Source: the human T2T-CHM13v2.0 reference genome, Homo sapiens. Taken from it: DNA of 64,000 bases. The translations under genes were made by a program, and so were the position numbers. Of this stretch, positions 30,074 through 45,343 are shown piece after piece. The stretch is from assembly GCF_009914755.1 (NCBI RefSeq), contig NC_060931.1, one strand, 5' to 3'. The notes beneath the pieces are model-generated. The model saw only the letters and a program-made list of their open reading frames with translations, was not told where the DNA came from and did not search any database. The number at the start of each line of letters is the position of its first letter. The first letter of the stretch is position 1.

Positions 30074-30279
30074 CTTAAAATCACTTTTAGGATGCTTTAT
30101 TTAGTAGTTAATAGGCATCAATTGGCTTTATCTATCAATGGCTAGAAGAAAAGTAGACAGTACCTGGGTTTTTCAAATAGATTGTGGCTGCCTCCTTAGC
30201 AGTTACTCCTATCATACCATAATGGTTTATAAAGTCTAAATAAGGATGAACTGTTTTGGATGGAATGGATTACATTCCT
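30074..30279 (+). repeat. Dispersed direct duplication of 26749-26929 plus ~27211-27229 (Alu-free state)
   Basis: Manual alignment: about 16 substitutions and 4 small indels over ~205 bp. Confidence 0.95.
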
Positions 30280-33055
30280 TCACATCAGCAAACCAGCTGA
30301 TGTGGAGCCTAAAGGATCTGGTGCAGGAGCATCTGCAGCACAGCATGGCCAGAGACAGCAATCCTCCTAGGCTCAACTTGCTCCCATAAGATAATTTAGC
30401 TCTAGGGGAACTGTTGGACCTGAGATTTGCAAGGTTGAACCATGGCTGGTTCAACCTGAGTACCCCTTGGTCTTCTGGCCTCTCCTGGGGCCCCAGCCTG
30501 GCCATGCCTGCTTGCAGGGCAGTCTCAGGTGCCTGGGGGCCCACACCATAGCTTCTGCGATGGCAGATTATGCCTGACCAGTGGAGAGCTCCAACAATGC
30601 AGTCCCTACAGCCACATACCAGGCCGTACCCTCCCTCCCCATACTGCAGCTTCCCCCCAAGTCCACAGGCGACTCCCCGCATCACTTTGCTGGCACATGT
30701 CTGCACAGGTGGGTTTTTCTTTACTTGCCCTACCAGTATGCAGAGTGCAGTCCACACCCACCCCCTTCCCCTGCTGACCACCATTGCAGATACAGCCTTA
30801 GCAGGCACAGAGCGAGCAAACCCTGCCCCTGCCAGTGCCCTACCCTTGTGCTAACACTGGCTAGAGAACATGGGATCCTCCCATACCCTGAGCAATCATT
30901 CCTGCTTACAGGGTACAGAGAAGGCACTCAGACCTGCATCTACCAGCACCCCACACCCCCGCCAACACCATCTCCAGCACAACCACACACAAAGTCTTCA
31001 GCAGGGGCCCCCTGACCCCTGACCAGCTGCGTTGCCTCCACCACCTTAGTGAATGCCCACAGGGAGGCAGGCACTCCAGCACCCACTAACACTCTGCTGC
31101 AGCTGGCATGCCTTAGCCCTCACAACAGCAGTGGATTCCATACCTGGAGGAGTCAGAGAACAAAGTCAGGGCCCAATACAAGTCCCACAGAGTTATAGCA
31201 GGCAGGCCAGGAGTTGGAAGCTCAGTGCTGGTCCCCTAAAATCTCCCAGAAATGAAGCCAGTTGGCTGAATTGGCCTTATACCACAATCAAACCCTCAAA
31301 GTCATCAAACAGGATAGAAGAAAAAAAAATCTGAAGGTCAGCAACCTCAAAGATTGTAGGTAGATAAGGTTACAAAGATGGGAAAGAATCGGTTCAAAAA
31401 TGCTGAAAGCTCAAGAAGCCAGCATGCCTTTTGTCCTCCACATGACCACATCACCTCTTCAGCAAGGGTTCTGAATTTGATGAGATGGCTAAAATGACAG
31501 AAGTAGATTTCAGAATATGGCTAGGAATTAAGATCATTAAGCTACAGGAATATGTTGAAACCCAAGGCAAGGAAGCTAAAAATCATGATAAAACAATGCA
31601 GGAGCTAAGACACAAAATAGCCAGTATAGAAAATAATGTAACCAACCAAATAGAGCTGAAAAACACACTACAAGAATTTCATAATGCAATCACAACATTA
31701 ATAGGACAGTAGACCAAACAGAGGAAAGAATCTCAGAGTTTCAAAACTGGCTTTCTGAAATAAAACAGTCAGACAAGAATAGAGAAAAAAAAATCTAAAG
31801 GAATGAACAAAACCTCCAAGAAATAAGGGATTATGTAAAGAGACCAAATCTATGACTAATTGATGTCTCTGAAAGAGATGGGGAGAAAGGAACCAACTTG
31901 GAAAACATATTTCAGTTTATCATCCATGAGAATTTCTTCAATCTAGCTACAGAGGCCAACATTCAAATTCAGGAAATGCAGAGAACCCCTGTAAAATACT
32001 TCACAAGAAGGTCATCCCCAAGACACATAATCATCAGATTTTCCAAGGCTGAAATGAAAGAAAGAATGTTAAAGGCAGCTAGAGAGAAAGGCCCGGTCAT
32101 CTACAAAGGGAAGCCCATCAGACTAACAGTGAACCTCTCAGCTGAAACCCTACAATCCAGAAGAAACTGGGGACCAATATTCAACATTCTTAAAGCAAAG
32201 AAATTCCAACCTAAAATTTCATATTTAGCCAAGCTAAGCTTCATGAGTGAAGAAGAAATAAGATCTTTTTTAGAAAAAAAAATGCTGAGGGAATTTGTTA
32301 TTACCAGACCTGCCTTACAAGAGCTTCTGAAGGAACCACTAAATATGGAAAGGAAAGACCATTACCAACCATTAGAAAAACATACTGAAGTATACAGACC
32401 AGTAACACTGTAAAACAATCACATAAACAAGTCTGCAAAATAACCAGCTAACAGCATGATGACAGGATCAAATCCACACATATCAATACTAACCTTAAAT
32501 GTAAATGGGCTAAATGTGTGGATAAAGAACCAAGACCCATTGGTATGCTGTCTTCAAGAGACTCACCTCACATGCAGTGACACATATAGGCTCAAAATAA
32601 AGGTTTGGAGAGAAATCTACAAAGCATATGAAAAACAGAAATAAAGCAGGAGTTGCAACCATAGTTTCTGAAAAAACAGACTTTAAACCAACAAAGATAA
32701 AGAAATACAAAGGACATTACATAATGGTAAAATGTTCAATTCAACAAGAAGCTCTAACTATCCCAAATATATATGCACCCAACACAGTAGCTACCCAACA
32801 CAGTAGCACCCAGTAAGACTAAAGCAAGTCCTTAGAGACCTTCAGAGAGAGTTAGACTCCCACACAATAACAGTGGGAGACTTTAACACCCCACTGATGA
32901 TATTAGACAGAAAATTAACAAAGATATTCAGGACCTGAACTCGGCCCTGGATCAAATGGACCTGATAGATATGTACAGAATTCTCCACCCAAAAACAACA
33001 GAATATACATTCTTCTTATTGCCACATGGCACATACTCTAAAATTGATCACATAT

Positions 33056-33453
<398 letters not shown>

Positions 33454-36345
33454 TCAAGACTAAAAAGTTCACTCAAAACTATATAATTACATGGAAATTG
33501 AACAACCTGCTCCTGAATGACTTCTGGGTAAAAAACAAAATTAAGGCATATATCGAGAAGTTCTTTGAAACGAATGAGAGTAAAGACACAGCATCCCAGA
33601 ATCCCTGGAAAGCATCTAAGGCAGTGTTAAGAGGGAAATTTATAGCACTAAATGCCCACATCAAAATGTTAGAAAGATCTCAATTTAACAATCTAACATC
33701 ACAATTAAAAGAATTACAGCACCAAGAGCAAACAAATCTCAAAGCTAGCAGAAGACAAGAAATAGCCAAAATCACAGCTGAACAGGAGATAGAGACACAA
33801 AAATCCATTGAAAAGATAAGCAAATCCAGGAGCTGGTTTTTGAAAAAATAATAAATTAGATAGAATGCTAGCTAGATTAATAAAGGAAAAAGAGAGAAGA
33901 TTAAAATAAACAGAATCAGAAATGACAAGAGAGATATTACCACTGACCCCAGAAAATTACAAACAAAAATAAGAGAATATTATGAACATAAACAAAAAAA
34001 CCTAGAAGAAATGAATAAATTTCTGAACACATATGTCCTGCCAAGACTAAACCAGGAAGAAATTGAATCCCTGAATAGATCAATAATGAACTCTGAAATT
34101 GAGGCAGTAACAAATAGCTTACCAACGAAAAAAAAAAAGGCCCAGGATCAGATGGATTCACAGCTAAATTCTAACAGATGTACAAAGAAGACCTGGTACC
34201 ATTCCTGTGGAAACTATTCCAAAAAATTTAGGAGGAAGGAATTCTCCCTAAGTCATTCTATGAGGCAAGCATTATCTGGATACCAAAACCTGGCAGAGAC
34301 ACAACATAAAAAGAAAACTTCAGGCCAATATACTTGATGAACATCATTGCAAAAATTCTCAACAAAATACTGACAAATTGAATGCAGCAGCACATCAAAA
34401 AGCCTATCCACCATGATAAAGTAGGCTTTATCCCTGGCATGCAAGTTTGGTTCAACATATGCAAGTCAATGAATGTGATTCATCACTAAACAGAACTAAA
34501 GACAAAAACCACATGATTAACTCAATAGATGTACAAAAGGCTTTTGATAAAATTCAACACCACTTCATGTTAAAAGCTCTCAGTAAACTAGGTATTGAAG
34601 GAACATACCTCAAAATAATAAGAGCCATCTATGACAAACCCACAGCCAACATCATACTGAATGGGCAAAAGCTGGACGCATTTCCCTTGAAAACCAGTAT
34701 AAGACAAGCATGCCCTCTCCACTCCTATTCAACGTAATATTGAAAGCCCTGGCCAAGGCAACTGGGCAAGAGAAAGAAATAAAGGGCACCCAAATAGGAA
34801 GACAAGAAGTCAAACTATCCCTGTTTGCAGATGACATAATCCTATATTAGAAAATTCCATCATCTCAGCCCCAAATTTTCTTCAGCCGATAACAACTTCA
34901 ACAAACTTTCAGGATACAAAACCAATGTACAAAAATTACTAGCATTCCTATACACCAATAACAACCAAGCCAAGAGCCAAATTAGGAACACAATCCCATT
35001 CACAATTGCCACAAAAAGAATAAAATACATAGAAATATAGCTAAATAGGGAGGTGAAAGACCTCTACAAGAACTACAAACCACTGCTCAAGAAAATCAGA
35101 GATGACACAAACAAATGGAAAAACATTCCATGCTGAAGTATAGGAAGAATCAATATTGTAAAAGTGGCCATACTGCCCAAAGCAGTTAATAGATTCAATG
35201 TCACTCCTATTAAACTACCATTGGGATTTTTCATAAAACTAGAAAAAGCTATTTTAAAATTCACATGGAACCAAAAAAAAAAAAAAAAAAAAAAAAAGCC
35301 CAAATAGCCAAGGCAATCCTAAGCAAAAAGAACAAAGCTGGAGCCATTATCCTACCTGACCCCCAACTATATTACAGGGCTACAGTAACCAAAACAGCAT
35401 GGTACTGGTACAAAAACAGACACATGGCCCAATGGAATGGAATTGAGAGTCCAGAAATGAGGCTGCACAGCTACAACTATCTGATCTTTGACAAAACTGA
35501 CAAAAACAAGCAATGAGGAAAGGATTCCCTATTGGATAAATGGTGGTGGGATAACAGGCTAGTTATATGCAGGAGATTGAAACTGGACCCCTTTCTTATA
35601 CCATATACAAAAATTAACTCAAGATGGATTAAAGTTTTAAATGCAAAATCCCAAACTGTGACAATCCTGAAGACAACCTAGGCAATGCACAGGCAAATAT
35701 TTCATGACAAAGACACCAAAGGCAGTTGCAACAAAAGCAAAAATTGACAAATGGGATCTAATTAAACTTAGGAGCTACTGCACAGCAAAGGAAACTATCA
35801 ACTGAGCAGGCAACATACAGAATGGGAAAAAATTTTTGCAAATTATGCATTTGACAAAGGTCAAATGTCCAGCATCTGTAGGGAACTTAAACAAATTTAC
35901 ATGAAAAAAACAAACGACTCCTCTAAAAAGTGGGCAAAGGACATGGACAGACACTTACAAAAAAAAAAACATATATGCAGCCAACAAGCATATGAAAAAA
36001 AGCTCAGTATCACTGATCATTTGAAAAATACAAATCAAAACCACAATGAAATATCATTTCGCACTAGTCAGAATGGCTGTTGTTAATAAGTCAAAAATAA
36101 TGATGCTAGTGAGGTTATGGAGAAAAGGAAACACTTGTACACTCTTGGTGGGAGTGTAAATTAGTTCAACCATTGTGGAAGACAGTGTGGCGATTCCTCA
36201 AAGACCTAAAAACAGAAATACCATTCGACCTGGCAATCCCATTACTGGATATATACTCAAAGGAATATAAATCGTTCTATTATAAAAACACATGCACATG
36301 TATGTTCATTGCAGCATGATTCACAATAGCAAAGACATGGAATCA

Positions 36346-36878
<533 letters not shown>

Positions 36879-39309
36879 CTAAAGGATGAGAACACATGGA
36901 CACATAGAGGGGAAAAACACACACTGGGGCTTATTGGAGGGTTGAGGGCAGGAGGAGGGAGAGGATCAGGAAAAACAACTAATGGGTACTAGGCTTAATA
37001 CATGTGTGATGAAATAATCTGTACAAAAACCCCAGTGACACAAGTTTACCTGTATAACAAACCTGCACATGTACCGCTGAACTTAAAAGTTAAAACAAAC
37101 AAACAAAGAAACAAACATTTGAAATGACCCCACTGGAAAGGGAAGAAGTTAGTATAGTTTGACGATATGGCAATCAAAGGAGGAGTGTGTTCTTTTCATA
37201 CTTGGATGGAGTGAATTGATTTGGAAGTGCCCATGGGAAGCCAAGAAAATGCATATCCCATCTCCTTTCCCTAGCGTACAGGGTCAGGGAAGCTTCCATT
37301 CAGAAGAGTTGTAAGAAAAGCCATATCCTAAGAGATCTCTGTTTTTATTTAAGCATGGGGATGGGAGGAGCATCCTACAGTCATTAAGGAGGTAGGGGAA
37401 TATTGGTGCTAGAATTGGGAGCTCCAGAATTGGAAAGGGTTGAGTGGGAGGTTATCTGTGAGAGAATGAAAGAGGGCTGGTGAAGGGAAGGAGTGGTCTG
37501 GATGTGGAAGCAGGTAGGACCACATTGTGGGGAGTGGACAGGAGAGGAAAAAGAACCAGAGGGATGCAAGACAACATCTCTACCTCGTGGAGTTAGGGAA
37601 AGAATACACATGTACATCAAGGCATTCACAGAGTTGTTCAGGGCTCTACATAAAATCATGCCAAAGTGTTTTGTTTATTAAATAAGTGGAGTTCAAAGGA
37701 GAAAGAGAATATGCTAAAAAGTGGCAGTGCAAAGACCCTTGGATTGAATGAGACATAAGTCAAGTAGGTTAATTTATATGAAGCACTCTGAAAACTGTGA
37801 AGTATAATATGACAACATGAGGTGATGTAATCAGGGCAATGATCTAGAACAGTTTCCAAATTCCTTTAATAAACCTGCTGCATCAGGATCTTCTGAGGTA
37901 CTTTGGAAATTTTGGATGCATGGGCCTGGGCCCTACTCTTGATTTACTAAATCAGACTCTCTGATAGTGAGGCCTGGAGATTGCTGTGTATTTTGTACAG
38001 CTTTCTTTCTGAGTACACAATTTATATTTTAACATCAGATATCTACTTGATTATTTATATTATAGTTAAACTTACATGGCAATAAAAATACATGAATAGC
38101 AAGAAAAAAGATTACTGTGAAAGAATCTTATGAATACAGATAAGGAATTGTGGACAATTATTTGGAAAAATAATGGGAGGAACTTAATTTCAGAATTTTA
38201 TTTTGAATGCAATGAAATACCACGGAATCATTTTGAGCAAGTAGCAATGCTGTGAATGATGTATTTTAAGAATATTATTCTGGTTCCTGTAAATAATAAT
38301 TAGTAACAAAATTCTAGTGACTCAGAATTATTCTACTCATGTGTTTGGAATGAACATATTTAGTGTAATATGATTCTAAATGAGGCTTACTAAAAGTTTT
38401 GGTAAAAATGAAAACTAACCTGTATCATTCTAAGCATTATTTTTGTCTAATATTGAGAAATTTGACATTTATTATTATTATTTTAACTCACACAGCTATG
38501 TTTATCTGCAATAAAGTTTAAGCAGAGAACTATTATTTTTTTCTATAAATTGATTTCCAGTTTCTCTAGTGAATTAAAAGTTACTCATTTTTAAATTCAG
38601 AAACCAAACGTTTCTATATCAATCCTTTTCATACTAAAAAAAAGATTAGCTTTGTTTTGTGGACTTATGAATTCCTTGCAGTGTAGTAAAGGAATTAAAA
38701 ATCATAATTTGGTGAATACTTCTGGGGCACATAGAATGGCATTTTATGCTTTGCTGAAGTTGTATGTTTTATGATCTTTTCTAATGCAAAAATTGGGTGC
38801 CATTTCAAACTTTTCCTTACATTTAGATCTGTCTCTGAAGCTACTTTTAAGAAATATATAATTCTGATCGAGAATTGTGTTTCTCCCTGAAAAACTTTCT
38901 TCTGTATCTGATTCTGGGTGACATGATGGTGATTACCTTTGTTCCTACTTAGACATGCTGAAATTGCTTCAAGGCTTTGAAGTTCTGAGATTTAATGAAA
39001 AGATGAAATGCAAATATGTATGTGCTGTTTTCACATGGAAATGACATTCTGAATGAGAAGTATACTTCTTTGTTGGCATACACTGGGTCTTATAGAATAA
39101 ATTGAAAAGCACTTGCAACACAGGCTTCATGTTTTTCCTCATAACTACACTAAGGTACATTATTAGCTAGAGTCTAAAACTTCTAGGACTTTAAAGAATA
39201 ATTGAAGTTTTCGTTAAATTTTAGCATCTTAGAATTTTAGGATTTTATTTGTTTATATCCATGTTTGGAGTGTGTCCATGTCATTCTCTGAGTTGCAGTG
39301 ATCTTTATT

Positions 39310-40010
39310 TTTTTGGTAAGTAGCTTTATATTTTATTATTTCAGATTACTAAAGTTGTACATTTCATTGTGAAAAGTCAGGTAACACAGAAGTATAGTGG
39401 AAATTACTTATAATCTCTCCAGTCAGACTCAATCACGATTAAACTTTTAATAAACATCCTTTCAGACTTTTCTCTGCAATCACGATTAATCTTTTAATAT
39501 ACGTCCTTTCAGACTTTTCTCTGCCCTTAGGAATCTTTGTGGGTATAACTCAACCTGTGCCCCTCATTCTGTATTTGTCTCTGGGTGGGCCAGTCTCTCT
39601 CTTGTCTTGGCTTTCTCTCTTTTCACAGGATTTTCTCCATTTTATCTTATGAGGGCTTCCTTATCTGACTTTTATTTTTGCTTCTCTGCCCCTCATCTTT
39701 CTGTCACACTGTCTATCTTTCACATTCTCTATAGAGGTATTCATATGTGTGTATAAGTGTGTGAGTGAGTGTGTGTATGTGTGTGTGTTTATGTTTATGT
39801 GAAAAAGGATCATTAGACACATGCTGCCTTGTATTTTTTTAAAAAAACCCTTTCATAACAATAAATATAGATCTAAAACTTCAAATGACTGAATGGTAGT
39901 CTATAGTACTGGATAGTGTACTGTAGTATAGACTTTGTTTATCCCATACTTATAGGCAATTTCTTTTGTATATTTAGGTTGCTTCAATTTATTTTACTGT
40001 CTTTCATCCT
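39310..40010 (-). mobile_element. Degraded L1ME-type 3' fragments
   Basis: By-eye similarity (tacatttcattgtgaaaagtcag, tatttaggttgcttcaattt); TG-rich tract at 39746-39800. Confidence 0.4.
39430..39523. repeat. 47-bp tandem duplication (3 mismatches)
   Basis: caatcacgattaaacttttaataaacatcctttcagacttttctctg followed by caatcacgattaatcttttaatatacgtcctttcagacttttctctg. Confidence 0.95.
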
Positions 40011-41443
40011 TTTAATGTATTTTTATGTATTGTAGTACAATTTGTACAACTTTTATGTATTTCTTAGTAATTGAAATAAATGTGGAAGTAGTTTTAAATA
40101 TTTTTACAAGGATGGGTAGATGACATATTCCTTTGCTTTTGAATTCTGATTGTTTGGGTTCTGCATATTTTAGGTTATACTCTTTTTGCTTTCTCTACGT
40201 GAAAGATAACTTGATCTTGTATAGAATAGTTAGGTAACAATGTTTTTCCCCCACAAAACTCTTTTGCTTCTGTTACCTGATCTGCAAAGGAAAAGGCTGA
40301 ATTTTGCCTGCTTATTATTATTGTTATTTTTGTATTTGTTTTATTTCCTGGTTAAGGTTGATAGCAGTGGAGATGAAATGAGTGGGTAGAATATGTATCC
40401 ATTTTTGAGGTATATTCAATTTGATTTTGTCATAGTGAGTACACATATGTAAACAGAGTGGGAAGTGACAAAGATGCTCAATCACTTCTGGTTTAAGGTG
40501 GTGGCCTATGCCTAAAGATTTTCTTCCCCTTCCACCTAAAATGTCTATTGATGTTTCAGAGAATAAATGAAATATAAAGATTCTGAAATACAAGGTGGAG
40601 TGCCAATTGTGATGAAATTTTTTGAGTACTTTTTGGAAATTGCAGAATCAGGGTGATGAAAAATCAGGAAAGAGAACTTTAGCCTAGAGCATCAGAAATA
40701 AAAAGACGACTGGAGAAAATCCACATAATACACCAGATTCAGTGTAAAGAAAAAAAAATTTCAAGGCCAAATTGGGATCTACATTAGCAGTAGGATGTTT
40801 AATTAACAAGGTACACTTGATACTGGGCTCATTGGGTCCCTTTTCTGCTTGCACTTTTACCTCTCCCACTTTTTCTGTTGTATCTGTCCTCCAAGAATAA
40901 TTTCAAGGATTGTTATCGAAAGACAATCATTAATTTGCCTTGGGATGGCTCCTTGTGTGGCCATTAAAACCAGAGAAAAGCAGGAGAAATTCTATGTCTC
41001 CACCACAGACATGGAGGAAAGAAAGGGAGAGCAGCAACTCCCAGGTACAGAAAACACTAAATAGTCCTTTCCTGAAGTTCAATTTACTACTTAGGCTTTT
41101 TGTTTGTTTGTTTTGGTGGATCCCATCCCTGCCTGTCAACTCAACTCTCTGTCTATTCACGCTACAGGGAAGCCTTTGTTTTGACACACGCCTATACTTA
41201 CACAGAGCTTATGGTCAAGACTCCCATTTGGGGGCAATGCTTAGTGAAGTTACTTAATGAAACAATGCAGGGAAACCTGCACAAATGTGAACACTTATGC
41301 ATTGCCCTTTGCTTATAAATGTAAATGGTAAACGAATAATCGCCAACAGCCTAAAAGAGAAATATCAAGATGACTATAAAGAACAAGAGACCCACAAGGA
41401 AGCAGAGATAATTCAGGGTGCTGAAAATAGAGTAAGTGGAGAT

Positions 41444-41446
<3 letters not shown>

Positions 41447-41491
<45 letters not shown>

Positions 41492-41544
41492 TATATATAT
41501 TAGGGACATGGTCTCACCATGTTGCCCAGGCTGATGTGCAGTGA
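41447..41544 (-). repeat. (CA)n(TA)n microsatellite abutting a short antisense Alu fragment
   Basis: Direct read; ggtctcaccatgttgcccaggctg follows the repeat. Confidence 0.85.
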
Positions 41545-41599
41545 ATGGGTATTTTTATTAATATCGTCAGACTTATCTAAGTGTTGCATTTTGTAAAAG

Positions 41600-42260
41600 A
41601 AGAATAGGGGCAATGGAAAAGAAATAATTCATGAACAGTAAAAGAGTTTTTTAAATTTGAAAGTATTATTTTCATATTTTAAAAATGGATTTACTGAATA
41701 ATAAAATGAGTATAGTGAAATTGACTTGGTTTTGGAAGTGCTAAGGTCAGAAAAATCTGCTAGAAAAAAAGCAAAAAGGCAAAGAGACAGTGAGTATGAG
41801 AACAACATCGAGATCTAGCGCATTAATGATATGCATTTCAAGAAAAGAAAACAGAGACAATGAAAGGGAAGAATTAATCAGTAAAATACTAGATGAGTAT
41901 TTCCTTGAAGTGAATAAAGGTTAGTTTAAAAGGCCCAAGGAAGACCCAATAGGAAAAAGAAAATTATTCAACTAGACATGTACTGCTGATGTTTCTGAAT
42001 TCTAACAATGTGAAAATTTGTAATTCTTTCCTAGAGAAAAAAATAAGTATTTTACAAGAAAGAAATAATTCGTCTTATAGTGTTTCTCCTTAGTGACAAT
42101 AGATATTTGAGAAAGAAGCCATGTCCCTTTTTGAAGCAAATTTATTTTGAGTCTAGCCAAAGTATCTAGTGTGATTGCAAAATAAGGACATTATTGGACA
42201 TGTTAAAACTCCCAAATTACCACCATATTGTTTCCTGATGTGAAAAAGTTATTTGATGAG
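41600..42260 (+). mobile_element. Ancient HAL1/L1M ORF1-like remnant
   Basis: A-rich degenerate ORF1-like sequence; by-eye only. Confidence 0.35.
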
Positions 42261-42369
42261 CATTTGCTTTGAACGCTTTGCACTGGGTATTGGCTGCCTT
42301 AGGCTTTCCTCATATCTTTGTTAATTTAATTTTAGTTGCAATTATTGTGCCTGATACACAATTCTAGTA

Positions 42370-42678
42370 TTTTTCTTTTTTTTTATTATACTTTAAGTTC
42401 TGGGGTACATGTGCAGAATGTGCAGGTTTGTTAATAGGTACATACATGCCATGGTGGTTTGCTGCACCCATCAATCCGTCATCTACATTAGGTATTTCTC
42501 CTAATGCTATCCCTCCCCTTGCCCCCCACCCACCAATAGGTCCTGGTGTATGATGTTCCCCTCCCTGTGCCCAGATGTTCTCATTGTTCAACTCCCACTT
42601 ATGAGTGAGAACATGTAGTGTTTGGTTTTCTGTTCCTGTGTTAGTTTGCTGAGAGTGATGATTTGCTGAGAATGAATG
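42370..42678 (-). mobile_element. 5'-truncated L1PA (L1PA6-8-like) 3' end
   Basis: ttattatactttaagttctggggtacatgtgcag...ccatggtggtttgctgcacccatcaa. Confidence 0.92.
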
Positions 42679-45343
42679 ATTATTTTATTTTAATTGAGCA
42701 ACAAGTTAAACCTTAGAAATTGCACATAAACATTTTGGATTTCTGTCTTCTTTCAGATAACTGGAAGGCTTGGCAGCATTGGGCCTGTACTTCCTTGTGA
42801 CATCAACCTACTCTTTTTGAGAAATAGCTGCCCTTTTTAGGTGAAGAATATGCAGCACGTTTGTCACATGCCCCATCACCACCTTCTCCAATACACACAT
42901 TTCCTACCTGCTTCACTTTTTAATTGTTTTCCTTATAAACATTTTAGTTTGCAACCCTCATTATAAACATTCTATGTTAGATGTTTTAAGTTACATAGAC
43001 TTAGAAATTCACTGTTAGGCTAAGTACAATATAGTTTCCATGGTTTTTTTTTTTTTTGGGAAAGGGTCAATTTTCTTTAAATAATAAAATATTATAAGAC
43101 GTTTCTAGCAACTATTGGTGGGACGTCACCTTTATATTGCTTGGCATTTCTAACAGTGTATCTGCTGATGGTTATGGTCTGAGCTTTTTCTCCATGTCCA
43201 ACAGGGAGCAGTGTTTTGAAAATAATCGGTCAGGATTATGGCTGCTGTTTGTAATTCAAATAGCAGAATCAAGCTACACAGCCATGGAAATAGGAATGGG
43301 ACTTATTATCCTGCCTTAACCACTTAGATCAATCATTCTTTTCTCAACAACAGCAGGACTTCCTCTTAAGTTTTGCCTCCCTATTCTTTATTTCTTTGTC
43401 TAAATAAACTCCAAGTTATTTGAGGCAGGAGCCTTGTTTTCACTGTGATGTTTTGTGAAATCCCATACGCACACATGACATTTTGTAGATAATAAAGCCA
43501 GCAATGATTATAGGCTGTTGGTAATCTTCTGTTGATATCCCTGCTGGTAACAATACACAAAGATATCACTTGACATTCTATTGAGTTAACAGTAACTATT
43601 GTGTTGATTTTTACTGCTGTTAAGAGCAGGAAAAGTATTGATTTTAATCAGAAGAAACAGGGAGAAATTGCTTCGACATGTGTTTTTTACTTGATCTTTG
43701 AGAATGTCATGAAATAATGAAAAGAATAAATAATAATCTATGTAGGGTTCTTTCAAAAGGGCTGAAAGGTTGTTTGAAAATAGTGACCCAAGGATAGAAA
43801 TTTAGTTTTGGAAATGAAATGTTTAATCAGCCATCTTAGAGCAACCTTTTGCATGACTATTAAAGGCTTTTCATCGGAAAATTAATGTGATTTTAGTCAA
43901 ACTGTGATTGAATATTTAAAAAATCCCTGGTTTAATTTGTTCATCATTTTAACATATATATATATTCATTCATTCAACAAATATATAATGAGCACCTATG
44001 ATATAGCTGGTGTTGTCCTAAGTCCTGGGGGTGCAGCAGTGAGCAAAGCAGATGAAGTCCTTGCTGTAATATAACTTGCATTATTGTGGATAAAATAGAC
44101 AATAAAAGTATAATATGTTCAATGGCAATAAGTATTATGGAGAAAAAAATGGATCAGGGTGATGGGGGATGGAAACTGCCAGTGTACATGAATTGTTAGT
44201 AGCCATTTTATGTAGAAGCCTTTCTTGGAGACCTAAGGAAGTGGAAAACAAGCAAATGTTGTTATTTGCCAAAAGAGTGCTCATAGCAGGAGAAAGAGCC
44301 GCTGTCCTGAGGCAAAAGTGTGCCTAAGAGACAGCAAGGAGTCCTGTGTGATTGGGAGAGTAGCTGACGTCAGCAAGGAAGTGGGAGGATTCAGACCTTA
44401 TAGGGCCTTGGAGGCCATAATAAGACATTGGCTTTTGCTCTGATTGAAATGGGAAGGCAGTGAAGGCCACAAGCAGAAAAAGTGACCTGATGTTATTTTC
44501 CTTAAAAAGGATTAGTTTGGGTGCTATCAGAATAACTGGAATGGGGCCAAAGTGGAAGTAAACACTGTGGTGGCTAGTTCAAATCTAGGCAATGGGCAAG
44601 AGTGATTTGGATCAGGATGATAGCAATAGAGGGTGTGACGAGTGATTAGATTTTTATCATATTTTGGAGATAGAGGTGACATAATTTTTTGATGGAATAG
44701 ATGATGGGCATGAGATAAAAGCTAGTGGCCAAAGATGATTTTAAGGTTTTGGGCCTGAGCAACTAAGATGGGCAATGCTGGAGTAAAGATTTGGTAGGGG
44801 AACTCGGCAGGTCACTTTGGGATATGTCAAGTTTGGACACTGGAGAGATGAGTGTTTACTTCCAAGGGAAAGGTCATGGCTGGACCTGAACATTTGGGAA
44901 TCATCAGCATAAAATTGGTATTTAGAGCCATCAAAGTCAGGAACTAGAAGAGATCACTTAGGGAGTAAGTTTAGATGGGAAGTTCTGAGAGCTGAGGCCT
45001 GGTATGTTTCAAGGGTTAGAGATTGGAGGAATCATCAGTGAAGACTGAAGAGGAATGAGATGCTGAGATACAAGGAGAAGCAAAAGATAGTGGTGTTCAG
45101 AGGCCAAGTGAAGTAATTGTTCAAGGAGGGAGGGGCACAGAGGCAAAAACTCTTTATAGGTCTAATGAAAGGAAGATGGAGTTGGCAATGGGGGGTTATT
45201 ATTGACAATTCTGTGAGTTGTTCGATAGAATGGCAGAGACAAAGCCTTTCTGGGCGGGTTCAAAGGAGAAGAAGAAGACAAAAAATAGACACAGCAAGTA
45301 TAGATAACTCTTGAAGAGTTTTGCCATAAACAGGGAATGGTAT

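Noticed and set aside
30236-31334. Overlapping Pro-rich ORFs of up to 190 aa
   Set aside because: L1 5'UTR sequence with chance open frames.
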